64,000 bases of DNA from Verrucomicrobiota bacterium (GTDB lineage Bacteria > Verrucomicrobiota > Verrucomicrobiia > Opitutales > Cerasicoccaceae), in contig JBCBUK010000003.1 of assembly GCA_039818205.1 (NCBI GenBank), positions 346,155 through 410,154 on the forward strand, given 5' to 3'. A program made the translations under genes and the position numbers. Below the pieces are notes generated by a model, which saw nothing but the letters and a program-made list of their open reading frames with translations, did not search any database and was not told the origin of the DNA. Positions 32,411-42,928 of the stretch are shown in pieces; the stretch's first letter is position 1, and every line of letters starts with the position of its first letter.

Positions 32411-33538
32411 TTATTCTTGGCGGCTTCCGGGCTTGGATGCGGCGCCCTCCTGCACGTGGGTGAAACGCTCGGTTTCGCCGCTGATTGTGTAGGGTTGACC
32501 GGTGACATTCATGCTTTGCAGGCGGGAGGCATAGGCGAGTTTGACGAGGTTACGACCGCCTTCGCCTTCGAGTGCGTTCGCCATCACTTCTGTTGCCTCA
32601 GCCTCGGCCGAGCCTTGAGCCAGAATAGCTTTAGCGTTCTGCTCCATTTGATAGTACTGAGCGTCTGCGCCCCGTGCAGTGGAGATGGCGTAAGCCTCGG
32701 CGCCCTTCACCTGTCGGTTGGCTTCGGCTTCGGCCTGGACGATGAGCTGGCGCATCCCACCTTCAATGCTGGCGATGAAAACATCTTTTTTCTTTTCGGC
32801 TTCCACGGTGCGGAAGATCTGATTCTGCCGAGCAGCATTTGCTTTGGATATCTGCTCTTCCACTTCCTGGTCGGCGAGTTTCTTGGCCCGGATCTTATCT
32901 TCATACTCCGGGTGAAATCGAAATTTCTCGGCAATAACGCGGGTCACCTCGACGCCGAAGGGTTGGAGGAGCTCGTTCATCTCGAGTTCAGTTTTCAGGG
33001 CCTTCTCGTTGCGGACGGAGGCATCATAGAACTGTTCGGTGGTCATCTCGCCAAAGACAGTACGGCTTACCGAGCGGGCATAGTCGCGGACCCATTTTAC
33101 TTTGTAGGCATCACCCAAGCCCGAGGTCTTGACGACTTCTTCAATCCGGTCTCGGCGCATTTGATAGTTGATCGTGAGGTCTAGGAATACATCACTACCG
33201 TCGATCGTTTTTATTCGTAGGTCGTCCCGCGCCGCACGATCGCCACGGCCAGAGTCAGCCGTCATTTCCAGCCGTTGGACGGTTGTGTCGAGTAGGTGGA
33301 AGCTGTTGAGGAATCCGTTGTATATGTAGGTGCCTGATTCCGGAACGACCGTTAGGTCGCCATTAAGATTGTTGACCTTGACCCCTACCTCTGTGCCGCT
33401 GACTTTCTGGACGCGGATCGTAAAGAGCATGGCGATGCTCAGCAATAACATCGCCGAAAGCGCGAGTATAATTGTCCCGCGAAACGGCCGGAGGGCCGAG
33501 AAGCGACGGTTTAGTTTAAATTGATATTGATTAGACAT
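32411..33538 (-). CDS. SPFH/Band 7/prohibitin domain protein
   Basis: N-terminal [28 protein letters not shown] coiled coil. Confidence 0.88.
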   Translation of the reverse strand: MSNQYQFKLNRRFSALRPFRGTIILALSAMLLLSIAMLFTIRVQKVSGTEVGVKVNNLNGDLTVVPESGTYIYNGFLNSFHLLDTTVQRLEMTADSGRGDRAARDDLRIKTIDGSDVFLDLTINYQMRRDRIEEVVKTSGLGDAYKVKWVRDYARSVSRTVFGEMTTEQFYDASVRNEKALKTELEMNELLQPFGVEVTRVIAEKFRFHPEYEDKIRAKKLADQEVEEQISKANAARQNQIFRTVEAEKKKDVFIASIEGGMRQLIVQAEAEANRQVKGAEAYAISTARGADAQYYQMEQNAKAILAQGSAEAEATEVMANALEGEGGRNLVKLAYASRLQSMNVTGQPYTISGETERFTHVQEGAASKPGSRQE

Positions 33539-33549
33539 GATGAGTGGAG

Positions 33550-34473
33550 CTAGAGAATTCTAAGCGGTTGTATGAGGTTGGGTTCCTTGGAGCGGACGAT
33601 CTGTCGGATCGCCATCAACGAAACTCCGAGGCCGGAAATTAGAAGAAAGATGAAATGTATCTTCAGGATGAATGCTGCCGCTAGGCAGCCAAAGGCGATG
33701 CCGATCCCGGCGATCAGGATTTTTATAAGTTTAGTTTCCCACTCGGTTTCTCGTGATGCGGGGTACTCGTGAATCGTTTCGTCGTGTTGGCGAAAATGGT
33801 TCTCCGGATAGTTGATGTTGGGAAAACGATAGCGATATTGTCCGTTGTGAATTTCGAGCGAGCAGTAGCCCTGTTTGGTCAAGCTCAGCAGTTTTGCTTT
33901 CACTTGCCGGAGTGTGAGCCGCGTATGGCCCGCGACCTCAGCAACATTAACCGGACCACTCTTGGTCGCCGTGACAAATATGATCTCGTGTTGCCAGGCG
34001 GCATCTGCTGGCCATGCAATGACGTTGGCCTGGGCGGCGATTTCGGCTTCGAGTTTTGCTCGGGTTGCCGGCGCCATGATCTCCGTTCGATCACGTTTTG
34101 AAAGTCGCTCACCGGTATAGACATCAACGCCTTCGATGGATTCTCCCGAAATGTGTCCAACGAGTTCTTGAAACTCGTAGGTCGTGATGCCGTCGATGGC
34201 TTCCTTAAAGACAATCTGACGGTCCACCATGTTGTCCAATCGCTCTGAAATCATCGCAAGTGAAACTGGCAAATACATCATCAGGTGATTGGCGGTGACG
34301 CGGCCCTGATTATTGGCGGCGAGGCGTTCGGCCAGATTTTCAACAACAACGTCTAGAAGGGGCGTCGGCACGGTTTCGGATCGGCAGGCGCCCGGGTTCT
34401 CAACGGGGTGCGTCTTTCGGCTCGTTGCATCAATCGAGTCGTATGGGCTGTCGGATTGCAGGATGGTGTTCAC
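33550..34473 (-). CDS. Hypothetical protein, two putative winged-helix repeats plus C-terminal TM hairpin
   Basis: GRVTANHL...[13 protein letters not shown] and [26 protein letters not shown]...YRYRFP; two TM at the end; GTG start. Confidence 0.65.
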   Translation of the reverse strand: MNTILQSDSPYDSIDATSRKTHPVENPGACRSETVPTPLLDVVVENLAERLAANNQGRVTANHLMMYLPVSLAMISERLDNMVDRQIVFKEAIDGITTYEFQELVGHISGESIEGVDVYTGERLSKRDRTEIMAPATRAKLEAEIAAQANVIAWPADAAWQHEIIFVTATKSGPVNVAEVAGHTRLTLRQVKAKLLSLTKQGYCSLEIHNGQYRYRFPNINYPENHFRQHDETIHEYPASRETEWETKLIKILIAGIGIAFGCLAAAFILKIHFIFLLISGLGVSLMAIRQIVRSKEPNLIQPLRIL

Positions 34474-34987
34474 GGAAGTCTTTCTGATTTTCGGAATTAT
34501 AGCCCGGTCCCATTCCGCCAGCTATTATAACCGAGAGCGCCGTTTGCAATCGGTCGGTTGCTGGCTCAGAGGCCTTATCCGATTCAGATCAGGGAAATGA
34601 GCACCGCTCCCGCGTATTGCCCCAGCGCAATTGTGGATTGTCGGCGGGGTGTCCTCGTTCGGTAGATGATAGTGGAATCTAAAAAATACAGGAAAAATCC
34701 AAAAACATGTCTAATTTGGTCTATTGGGTGGTAATAAGTGATATGTGAATTGGCATTTCCTCAAATTTCAGGCGAGTCCGTGGACGGCTCGCCGGGCTCT
34801 GATTTACTCAACAATGCATACATTATTGTATTTTTAATTTTTCAATACCCGATCTATTACCCAAGTGACCCATTATCGCTGCGACTGGGCGGCGAATTCG
34901 AGTGATTCAATCCCCTCTTGGACATTCGAATGCCTTCGAAAAATCCAGTATTTATCAGATCAAACCCTCCTTAGCACATACTCAGAC

Positions 34988-37900
34988 ATGAAAGTTCAAT
35001 CTTTCCGGACAGGATTTATATTCCTGCTATTCAGCTCGTTGCTGACTCACTTGGGACACACTCAAACTGTTGACATTTTGGGTGAAAAAATTCTCTGGCA
35101 CAAGATAACGCTGGAGCTAACCGGGCCGCAGACCAGTGAGTCAGCGAGCCCTAATCCGTTCACGGACCGGCGTATGGACGTGACGTTTTCTCACCCAGCC
35201 ACGGGGACAGAATTTGTTGTTCCTGGTTTTTTCGCAGCCGACGGTGACGCGGCCAACAGCAGTGCGACCTCGGGCAATAAGTGGCATTGCTATTTCCGCC
35301 CGAATGAGCCTGGAACCTGGAACTACCGTGTTTCGTTTCGTCAAGGTACCAACGTTGCGATGATTACGGCGGCTAATCCGGGAAGTGCCATGAGCCCCTA
35401 CGACGGTGTTTCGGGGTCGTTTCAGGTCTCCGGAATTAACCCAGCGGCAGCCCCGGATCTTCGGGCGAAGGGACGACTTCAATACGTTGGCAAACACCAT
35501 CTGCAGTTCGAGGGAAGCGGCGAATATTTTCTTAAATTCGGTCCTGATTCTCCGGAAAATTTTCTGGAGTATTTCGAGTTCGATAACACCCCACTTGAGG
35601 GCAATAAGGGCATTCGCCATAACTTCACGGCACACGCCCAGCACTACGAGAACGATGGCCAAACCTGGCAAAGTGGTAAGGGCAAAAACATACTTGGCGC
35701 GGTCAATTACATCTCTAGCACCGGTGCGAATTCGATTTCGATGGTGTTGAACAATATTGGGCGCTTGGTAGAAGATCCAAACAATGCAAACCGTCCCCTG
35801 TCGGGGCCTGGCGATGGTGACCGCGCGTTTCCCTATACCAGTAAAACGGAGCGGCTTCGTTTTGATTGTTCCAAGCTGGACCAATGGGAGATCGTATTCG
35901 ACCACGCGGAACTGAAGGGATTGCATCTGCACTTCAAACTCGCCGAGATTGAGAACGCCCGCGACCTCGACGGTGGCGCCCTTGGCAATGAACGCCGCTT
36001 GTATTATCGCGAGATGATCGCGCGTTTTGGCCACCATCTGGCGTTGAATTGGAACATCTCAGAAGAGATTCCCGTCGGTTCATCCACGCGGTCGGACTGG
36101 CTGAACTTCTTCAAAGACAATGACCCTTGGCAAAGCAATCGGGTATTTCACACCGGACCATCATTCGATAAGAGCAATTTCTATAATCCACACCTCGGAG
36201 ACGCTGAGCTGACGGGTATTTCCCTGCAGACTCCAGAGGCGACTGGGACGCAGAATGTGTTTAACGAGACGAAGCTTTGGATTGATCGTTCCGCGTCGAA
36301 TGGCTGGCCGTGGGTTGTTGCCTGTGATGAACAGGGCCCCGGAAACCTTGGCGTAAATGCAAGTTTCCCATTGAGCCGGAAAAACGTCCTTTGGGGCAAT
36401 ATCATGGCCGGTGGCGGCGGTGTTGAATACTACTCCGGCGGTTCGGACTTGAGCCTCGATGACTACGCGCACTTCGATGAGCTACTAGAGTGGTCGAGCT
36501 ATGCCGTGAACGATTTCTTCTACGGCCACCAGATTCCGTTTTGGAATATGAGCAATGATGACTCCCTGGTGAGCAACGGAACGGCTCGTTGTTTGACCGA
36601 TGGCAGCGATCAGTTTGTTATTTATCTGCGCGATGGTGGAACCACGAACCTGAACCTGGGTGGTATCTCGGGAACCTTTGATGTTCGTTGGTTTGACCCC
36701 CGCAATGGTGGTGCACTGCAGCAGAGTAGCGTGTTGACCGTCCAAGGTAATGGTAACCGCGCCTTGGGTGCGGCGCCGAGCAACGCCGGCGAGGACTGGG
36801 CGATCCTTGTTCGCAAACAGCAGACTTTGCCTGATCTAGGTTCGTCGAGCCTGCGTTGGGTTGAGACTGATGGCATCGTGAATATTGAGCCCGAGCATGG
36901 CGAACTCGCCGACCAATGGCGCATTCGCCCGGTTGATTTTCTGGAAGACCCCACGATGGCAGGGAGCTTAGGCAGTGGCTGGGTCGAATGGACGGGTCCC
37001 TTTAACGGTGGCACGACCAAGAACGATGATCAGGTGAGCGGTATCAGTACGTTTACCTTCGAGATCAAGAAGGCGGGTGATTACACATTCCGCTGGCGCA
37101 CGAAACAATACTCTGATGTCGAAGGTAGCGACGCTGGCAACGATACCTACGTGAAGTTCGAAACGGGTACTCCGTTAGAAATGCCCGAGCGCGATGGCAA
37201 CGGTTTCTACACCATCACAAAGTTTACTAAGGCATTTGTTCAGAACAAGACCAGCTGGTCCTACAATGCCGCCTTTGAGGCTGCCTCGCACCGCTTCGTC
37301 AACAACCCGCGGATTCACTATGAGGCGGGTATTCATGAGATCAAAATTGCAGGCCGCACGGCTGGCCATGCCATTGACCGATTGACGCTCTATCATGATG
37401 ATGTCAACTACAACCAAAGCGCTTTCGTTGCTAATCCTGAGTCGCCGCGACGGGCCTCAATCCTCTACGTGGGCGTGGATGATTTTGATCTCCTCCCTGC
37501 TGTCGATGGACGTACCATCTACAATCGAAACCTTGGTAGCAACTACCTCGCGATCAACGCGGCGGATGAATCGACGCATGGTAAGTTTGCGCAGGCTCAA
37601 TTGACCTTTAATGGACAACCCGATACCTACGATATTCGCATTACCACGATTACAGAGATCGATGGTGAGTCCGTTTATCGACTCTTAGTGAACGGCCGCG
37701 TGGTCGGCACCTACGAGAATCCACGGGTGTCTAATTCGAGAGACCTTCAGCCGAACACGCATATTTGGCGTGGCATTCAGTTGAACCCTGGTAACACAGT
37801 TGCGATCGAATCCGCAGTCGATTCCAATGGCCTGATCCCCGAGGGAAACGCCTTTGCTTTCGCCCGCGGGCGCTGGCGCCAGCTGGAACTCTTCCCGAGT

Positions 37901-39970
37901 GGAACAACGTCGGCACTGACGGTGAACGCGGGGCCTGATCGATCGTTGTTGTTACCCACTGATAGCGTAGAGCTTGCTGGGTCAGCCAATGGTGCCATTT
38001 CTACGCGGGCGTGGACTCAGGTTTCCGGCCCGAATACAGCAACTCTTTCCGGTCAAGATACCAACACGCTGACAGCCTCGTCGTTGGTAGCGGGTACCTA
38101 TGTGTTTCGTCTCACGGCAACCGACACCGATTTGAACCAGGCCAGTGATGAGCTCACGGTGATTGTTCGCCCTGAAGTGAACGGGCGTTTGATTGAGTTC
38201 ATTGCGCCGTTTGCCAATGGCGGTCTCGATGGGCAGCAACGTTGGCTCGCGAATGCGGGTTGGAGCGTCGACCCCGCGAATGATGGAATTGCCACGACAA
38301 GCGGGAACGCTGAGATCGCCGTGCTGGATCTTCCGATCACCTTGGCGGTCGGGGAGAAATTTTCCTACACTGTCGATTTTGAGTTTACGGGAAACTACGC
38401 AACGCCAAGTGGATTTGTTTATACAGTGTTGACAGGCCTGAAAGCCAGCTCTTCGCCGGATTCCATCGCAACTGGCGCGCATGAGCCGGACGTGAGTATT
38501 CAGCTCTTTGGTGGGAGCGACAATTATCGGTTGCTCAACAATTTCGCAACGCTTTCAGGTGCGAGTAACTTGAGCGACGGCGTTAACGATGGCGACCAGA
38601 TGCGTTTGTTTTATGAAATCACCATGGGCGCAACGGCTGCGGAATCCGTTTACACGGTTCGTTTGCAAAACCTTACTGATGGCTCTGATTCTGGAACAGG
38701 CATCGTCTCTGGATACACGACATCGGGGACGCCTTATACGGGCATCTTTACCGACGTGTATGATGCGTTGAGTGGGAGTGGTGCTTACTTATTTGTTCAG
38801 CGGATTACACCATCGGGAAATGGGTCGGGGCTCGATGCGCTGCAGGTCAATACCATTGCCTATTCGGTTCCATCGCCTGACCTGTCTCAGCTTAATGAGA
38901 TTGAGTTCACTAGCCCATTCACCAATGGCGGATTGCACAATCAACGCTTTTGGGTAGCTGATGCTAGCTGGACGGTCAACACCGCCAATAACGGCACTGT
39001 AACCACAGACACGAATTCCGATATTGCCGTGTTGGATCTCCCGATTGTTTTGGAAGCGGGAGAATCGATTACCTACTCGATCGAATTTGAGTTTACTGGT
39101 ACCTATACGACGCCGAGTGGTTTCGTTTACACCCTGCTCGCAGGGCTCAAGGCTGACGCTGATATTGAAGATTTGCCCACTGGAAGTCACGAGCCAGACA
39201 TTAACATTCAGTTGTTCTCTGGGTCGCAAAACTACCGCATGCTTAGTAATTTCGGCGGAGTTTCAGGAGCCAGCAATCTGAATGGAGCGCCGAATGCAGG
39301 TGATGACCTCCGTTTGGATATCGAATTGACGATGGGAGAGACCGCTGCGGAAACCGTCTATACTGCACGGTTACAGAACCTGACTGATTCAACAGACTCG
39401 GGCTTGGGAACGGTGAGCGGTTATAGTTTGTCGGGAACGGATTACACCGGAGTGTTTACGGATGTATTCGACGCCTTGTCTGGGTCGGGCGCCTATCTGT
39501 TTTTTCAGCGTATTAATCCATCGGCCAATAGTTCCGGCCTGGATAATCTTGTAGTGAAAAAAGTTAGCATCCAGATCAACGATGCGATCCTGCTGGGCTT
39601 CGAGAAATTTGAAAACGAGAATTCTCTAGTGTTTGGGCGAATGGGAGATGATGATGGAGACGGTCGGATCAACTTGCTCGAGTATGCTTTTGGGGGGAAC
39701 CCGATTGATGTGATTGATCCCGATGTATTTCCAAAACTTCGCTACTTGGAACAAAACGGAGGCATGCTCGAATACCAGTTTCGACGGCTCACTGATGCCA
39801 ACAGTGGTTTGGAATACATCGTGCAGATTAGCAATGATCTCGTCCGATGGGCTAATGCGACGGCAGCTGTCTCGGCACAGCCTGATGGCAGTGGTTTCGA
39901 GCGTATCACGGTTGAAATGCCGATGTCGGAACCGTTCGTGTTTATGCGGTTGATGGTAAACGCCCAGTAG
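34988..39970 (+). CDS. Large secreted multidomain glycoside-hydrolase-like protein (DUF5060, TIM-barrel, collagen-binding-like, PKD, tandem repeat)
   Basis: Signal peptide; NPFTDRRMDVTF..PGFFAADG, WNISEE, ACDEQG, VRWFDPRNGG, NAGPD..WTQVSGP; start moved to MKVQSF. Confidence 0.8.
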   Translation: MKVQSFRTGFIFLLFSSLLTHLGHTQTVDILGEKILWHKITLELTGPQTSESASPNPFTDRRMDVTFSHPATGTEFVVPGFFAADGDAANSSATSGNKWHCYFRPNEPGTWNYRVSFRQGTNVAMITAANPGSAMSPYDGVSGSFQVSGINPAAAPDLRAKGRLQYVGKHHLQFEGSGEYFLKFGPDSPENFLEYFEFDNTPLEGNKGIRHNFTAHAQHYENDGQTWQSGKGKNILGAVNYISSTGANSISMVLNNIGRLVEDPNNANRPLSGPGDGDRAFPYTSKTERLRFDCSKLDQWEIVFDHAELKGLHLHFKLAEIENARDLDGGALGNERRLYYREMIARFGHHLALNWNISEEIPVGSSTRSDWLNFFKDNDPWQSNRVFHTGPSFDKSNFYNPHLGDAELTGISLQTPEATGTQNVFNETKLWIDRSASNGWPWVVACDEQGPGNLGVNASFPLSRKNVLWGNIMAGGGGVEYYSGGSDLSLDDYAHFDELLEWSSYAVNDFFYGHQIPFWNMSNDDSLVSNGTARCLTDGSDQFVIYLRDGGTTNLNLGGISGTFDVRWFDPRNGGALQQSSVLTVQGNGNRALGAAPSNAGEDWAILVRKQQTLPDLGSSSLRWVETDGIVNIEPEHGELADQWRIRPVDFLEDPTMAGSLGSGWVEWTGPFNGGTTKNDDQVSGISTFTFEIKKAGDYTFRWRTKQYSDVEGSDAGNDTYVKFETGTPLEMPERDGNGFYTITKFTKAFVQNKTSWSYNAAFEAASHRFVNNPRIHYEAGIHEIKIAGRTAGHAIDRLTLYHDDVNYNQSAFVANPESPRRASILYVGVDDFDLLPAVDGRTIYNRNLGSNYLAINAADESTHGKFAQAQLTFNGQPDTYDIRITTITEIDGESVYRLLVNGRVVGTYENPRVSNSRDLQPNTHIWRGIQLNPGNTVAIESAVDSNGLIPEGNAFAFARGRWRQLELFPSGTTSALTVNAGPDRSLLLPTDSVELAGSANGAISTRAWTQVSGPNTATLSGQDTNTLTASSLVAGTYVFRLTATDTDLNQASDELTVIVRPEVNGRLIEFIAPFANGGLDGQQRWLANAGWSVDPANDGIATTSGNAEIAVLDLPITLAVGEKFSYTVDFEFTGNYATPSGFVYTVLTGLKASSSPDSIATGAHEPDVSIQLFGGSDNYRLLNNFATLSGASNLSDGVNDGDQMRLFYEITMGATAAESVYTVRLQNLTDGSDSGTGIVSGYTTSGTPYTGIFTDVYDALSGSGAYLFVQRITPSGNGSGLDALQVNTIAYSVPSPDLSQLNEIEFTSPFTNGGLHNQRFWVADASWTVNTANNGTVTTDTNSDIAVLDLPIVLEAGESITYSIEFEFTGTYTTPSGFVYTLLAGLKADADIEDLPTGSHEPDINIQLFSGSQNYRMLSNFGGVSGASNLNGAPNAGDDLRLDIELTMGETAAETVYTARLQNLTDSTDSGLGTVSGYSLSGTDYTGVFTDVFDALSGSGAYLFFQRINPSANSSGLDNLVVKKVSIQINDAILLGFEKFENENSLVFGRMGDDDGDGRINLLEYAFGGNPIDVIDPDVFPKLRYLEQNGGMLEYQFRRLTDANSGLEYIVQISNDLVRWANATAAVSAQPDGSGFERITVEMPMSEPFVFMRLMVNAQ
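38189..39590 (+). repeat. Intragenic tandem duplication of a 236-aa (708 bp) domain
   Basis: LIEFIAPFANGGL..IAVLDLPI..TPSGFVYT..RLQNLTD..DALSGSGAYLF repeated from 38189 and from 38897. Confidence 0.9.
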
Positions 39971-39972
39971 GC

Positions 39973-40368
39973 CTATTTGTCGCTTGGTTGGGGCTCCTCG
40001 GACGCGATGACCTCAACCAGTTCAAACTCGTAGCCGACGAACTCAAAATCGTCCGTCGGATCGTTGAAGTATTCGATGTGATCGTCGCGGAACTCCTGGG
40101 GACAGTCATTGGTTTCTCCCCGCCAGAGCCACTCGGGAATATCGGTCCAACGGCAAAGAGCCATCATCGTGATGCGGATTACGCAGCGAGGAATCCTTTT
40201 CGAGTCACACACGGTATAAAAGTCACCAACGACGAGCGCGCTGTCCCATTCGTCTAGTTCACCTTGGTCGTGTAGCCAGTCGGCACTGGCGGTTTTTCGT
40301 CCATCAATGATCTGGTCGATTAGTCGATCCATGGTGAACGACATACGTTTGTCGGTTGGAGTTTTCAT
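39973..40368 (-). CDS. ASCH domain protein
   Basis: IIDGRKTASA, VGDFYTVCD..PRCVIR, GE, EFELV. Confidence 0.85.
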   Translation of the reverse strand: MKTPTDKRMSFTMDRLIDQIIDGRKTASADWLHDQGELDEWDSALVVGDFYTVCDSKRIPRCVIRITMMALCRWTDIPEWLWRGETNDCPQEFRDDHIEYFNDPTDDFEFVGYEFELVEVIASEEPQPSDK

Positions 40369-41360
40369 GATGGGGTTAGCGATTGATCATTGGCGATCGA
40401 TACAATGACTTTGCCGTGGTGTTTGCCTTTGCCGAAACGGTCGATGGCCTCCGGTAATTGCTCAAACGGGTAGGGGCCATCCAGAGTCGGCCGGAGCGTT
40501 TCTTGCTCTAACCAATCGGAAATGCTCTCCATATTGTGGTTGGTTTTCAGGGCGAGGATGTTGACTGTTTTTGTGCTTAACTTCTTGATCAGCGGTCCAG
40601 CTAGAAGGGTTAAAATCAGTATGAATGGATTGCCGCCCACCGTAACATAACGCCCCCCGTTGCTTAGGGCATCTAGATAGCGAAAGGGCTGTCGATTTGA
40701 CTTGGTATCAACGACTAGATCATACTTTCTGGAGCCGTCGGTAAAGTCATTCTTTGTATAGTCGATCACGTCATCGAACCCCACCGAACGCATCATTTCA
40801 AGCTTATCCGTGTGGTCAACTCCCGTGACTGTTTGGGCGCCAAGTTCTCGCGCGATCTGAATGCCAAGCGTCCCAACGCCGCCGCCGGCACCGTTGATCA
40901 AAAGTGATTCATTGGGCTTGAGCTGGCCGACGTCGCGGATCGCTTGAAGGGCAAGGGTTGCCGCATGGGGAATCGCGGCAGCTTCGGCAAAGGAGATGGC
41001 CGCAGGCTTATGGCTGAGGGCTTCCGGGGCAGTCGCAACGAATTCGGCGAATCCACCAAACCCGGATTCCGATAGGTCACCATAGACCGCATCTCCCGAT
41101 TGGAAAGCCGTGACGTTTTTCCCGACCGACTCGATGGTCCCCGCAACATCGACACCTGGTGTTTGGACCTTCGGTCGGAGCAATCCGCACATGAGACGGA
41201 TGTAGAACGGTTTGCCGATAACCATGGACCAATCCCAATCATTAACAGCGGCTGCGTGAACTCGAACAAGAACTTGATCGTCGCCCGGGACCGGTCGTTC
41301 CACGTCTTCAATCGTCAGGTTTCGGCACGGGCCGTATTTTCGATGAATCAAGGCTTTCAT
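40365..41360 (-). CDS. NAD(P)-dependent alcohol dehydrogenase / quinone oxidoreductase (MDR family)
   Basis: VRVHAAAVN, GVDVAG, INGAGGGVG, GKVIV; start moved to MKALIH. Confidence 0.9.
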   Translation of the reverse strand: MKALIHRKYGPCRNLTIEDVERPVPGDDQVLVRVHAAAVNDWDWSMVIGKPFYIRLMCGLLRPKVQTPGVDVAGTIESVGKNVTAFQSGDAVYGDLSESGFGGFAEFVATAPEALSHKPAAISFAEAAAIPHAATLALQAIRDVGQLKPNESLLINGAGGGVGTLGIQIARELGAQTVTGVDHTDKLEMMRSVGFDDVIDYTKNDFTDGSRKYDLVVDTKSNRQPFRYLDALSNGGRYVTVGGNPFILILTLLAGPLIKKLSTKTVNILALKTNHNMESISDWLEQETLRPTLDGPYPFEQLPEAIDRFGKGKHHGKVIVSIANDQSLTPS

Positions 41361-41498
41361 GTTGGCGGACTCGTTGCGGGAGGTTCTAGTTGAGCTTGTG
41401 CAAAGCGCAATGGTTTCCTTGTGACAATGGTTAGTGCCTCGTGCAATCGGTATGTCGTCTTGACGAGCAGGAATCTGGAAAATAGGTATTGAGCCGCT

Positions 41499-42578
41499 AT
41501 GGCACTGATCGCCCCAACGCAAATTGACGATATAACTCCCGCCTGGTTAACCACGGCGATGATTGAAAACGGCAATTTAGAATCCGATAATGCAGTAGTC
41601 GACTTTGAGCGACGTATTATCGGTGAGGGAAGGGGCTATGGCAGTCGTATGGCCCACTACACCTTGAAGGTCGCTTACACATCGAAGCTGGCTCCGCCGT
41701 CGCTCGTCATCAAGATTGAGCCGGCCTCGAAGGAGCAGGTGGACAACATGATTCGAATGAACACTTTCGAGCGCGAGATCCGTTTTTACCAGGATGTCGC
41801 GCCAACGGCTCCGCTAAGGCTGCCGAAGGTTTACTTTACTCTCGCGCAACCGCCTTGCTTTGCGATTGCGATGGAAGACCTCAGCGATCTGACGCCAGGG
41901 GATCAGTTGATTGGAATGCCGGTCGACCAAGTTGAGCGCGTGATCGGTTTGATTGCTAAGCTGCAGGCGAAGTATTGGCATAATGATGCACTGGCGGCCT
42001 TGGAATGGATGCCGGAGGAATACAATATACGGGATGCTTTTGAAGAATCGAACTGGCAGAGCTTTCGCGAAGGATTGGGTCAAGCGATTAGTCCAGAAGC
42101 AATTCAGACGGGTGAGCTATTTCGCCATCATATCGATTGGATAGAAAACGAGATAAACCATGCTCCAAAGACAATTGTCCACTATGACTTGCGCGAAGAT
42201 AACATGCTATTTGGAGAGCCGGAAACTGACGAAGAAATCGTGGTTGTCGATTGGGCCGTTTGCGTGCGCGGTTGTGGCGCCTACGATGTTGCTCGCTTGA
42301 TGGGAGGAAGCGAAACTCCTTCCCAGCGACGTGGTCATCAGATTGAAATTTTGAAGACCTGGCATGACGCTCTAGTGGCGAACGGGGTGGATGACTATTC
42401 TTTCGAGGAGGCTCTTTATCATTTTCGGATTTGTGCGATGTCGTTCTGCAGTATTCCTGTCTACTTCCATCGCTATGCGGAAATGGGAGGGCGAGCCCCA
42501 AAGCTTCTTGAGGTAATTGCGCAACGCGCGTTTGAATCCGTCTTGGAGCTTGAGGCAACGTCAGTGCTGCCAAAATAG
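41499..42578 (+). CDS. APH/choline-ecdysteroid kinase-like phosphotransferase
   Basis: LVIK, REIRFY, MEDL, HYDLREDN, VDW, DVA. Confidence 0.85.
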   Translation: MALIAPTQIDDITPAWLTTAMIENGNLESDNAVVDFERRIIGEGRGYGSRMAHYTLKVAYTSKLAPPSLVIKIEPASKEQVDNMIRMNTFEREIRFYQDVAPTAPLRLPKVYFTLAQPPCFAIAMEDLSDLTPGDQLIGMPVDQVERVIGLIAKLQAKYWHNDALAALEWMPEEYNIRDAFEESNWQSFREGLGQAISPEAIQTGELFRHHIDWIENEINHAPKTIVHYDLREDNMLFGEPETDEEIVVVDWAVCVRGCGAYDVARLMGGSETPSQRRGHQIEILKTWHDALVANGVDDYSFEEALYHFRICAMSFCSIPVYFHRYAEMGGRAPKLLEVIAQRAFESVLELEATSVLPK

Positions 42579-42928
42579 TCTTATGTCACGGATAGTCTTC
42601 CGGACTTTTCTTAGGCTAGCGGCGAAGCTCGGATCTCCGTTGGTCTCGATAGGTGTCAGATTTGATTAGTCACGCTGCGTTTTACTTGAGTTCTATTGCG
42701 CTATTTACACCATCTGAGTCGATCCTCCGATTTGCAGAGTAGGATTCTCATTGAGATTCCCACGGCAAAATCAGGGGATCTATGGATGTGCTTCGGCGCT
42801 TTCTGAATACCCTTTAAGATAAATGTAAATCGGCTACGAGAATTGCTAATGCTGTTGTATCAGCTTACTGATCGAAAGACACTCGTTGGGTAAGTGTTGG
42901 TGGAATTCTCTTAGAACGGCTATTTGTG

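Noticed and set aside
32417..33184. 255-aa antisense ORF
   Set aside because: Shadow of the SPFH gene; no recognisable motifs
35141..36037. 298-aa antisense ORF
   Set aside because: Shadow ORF inside the large DUF5060 gene, as expected from codon bias
41499..42578. Aminoglycoside-resistance kinase
   Set aside because: Generic APH/EcKinase-like fold with no evidence of antibiotic specificity or mobile context
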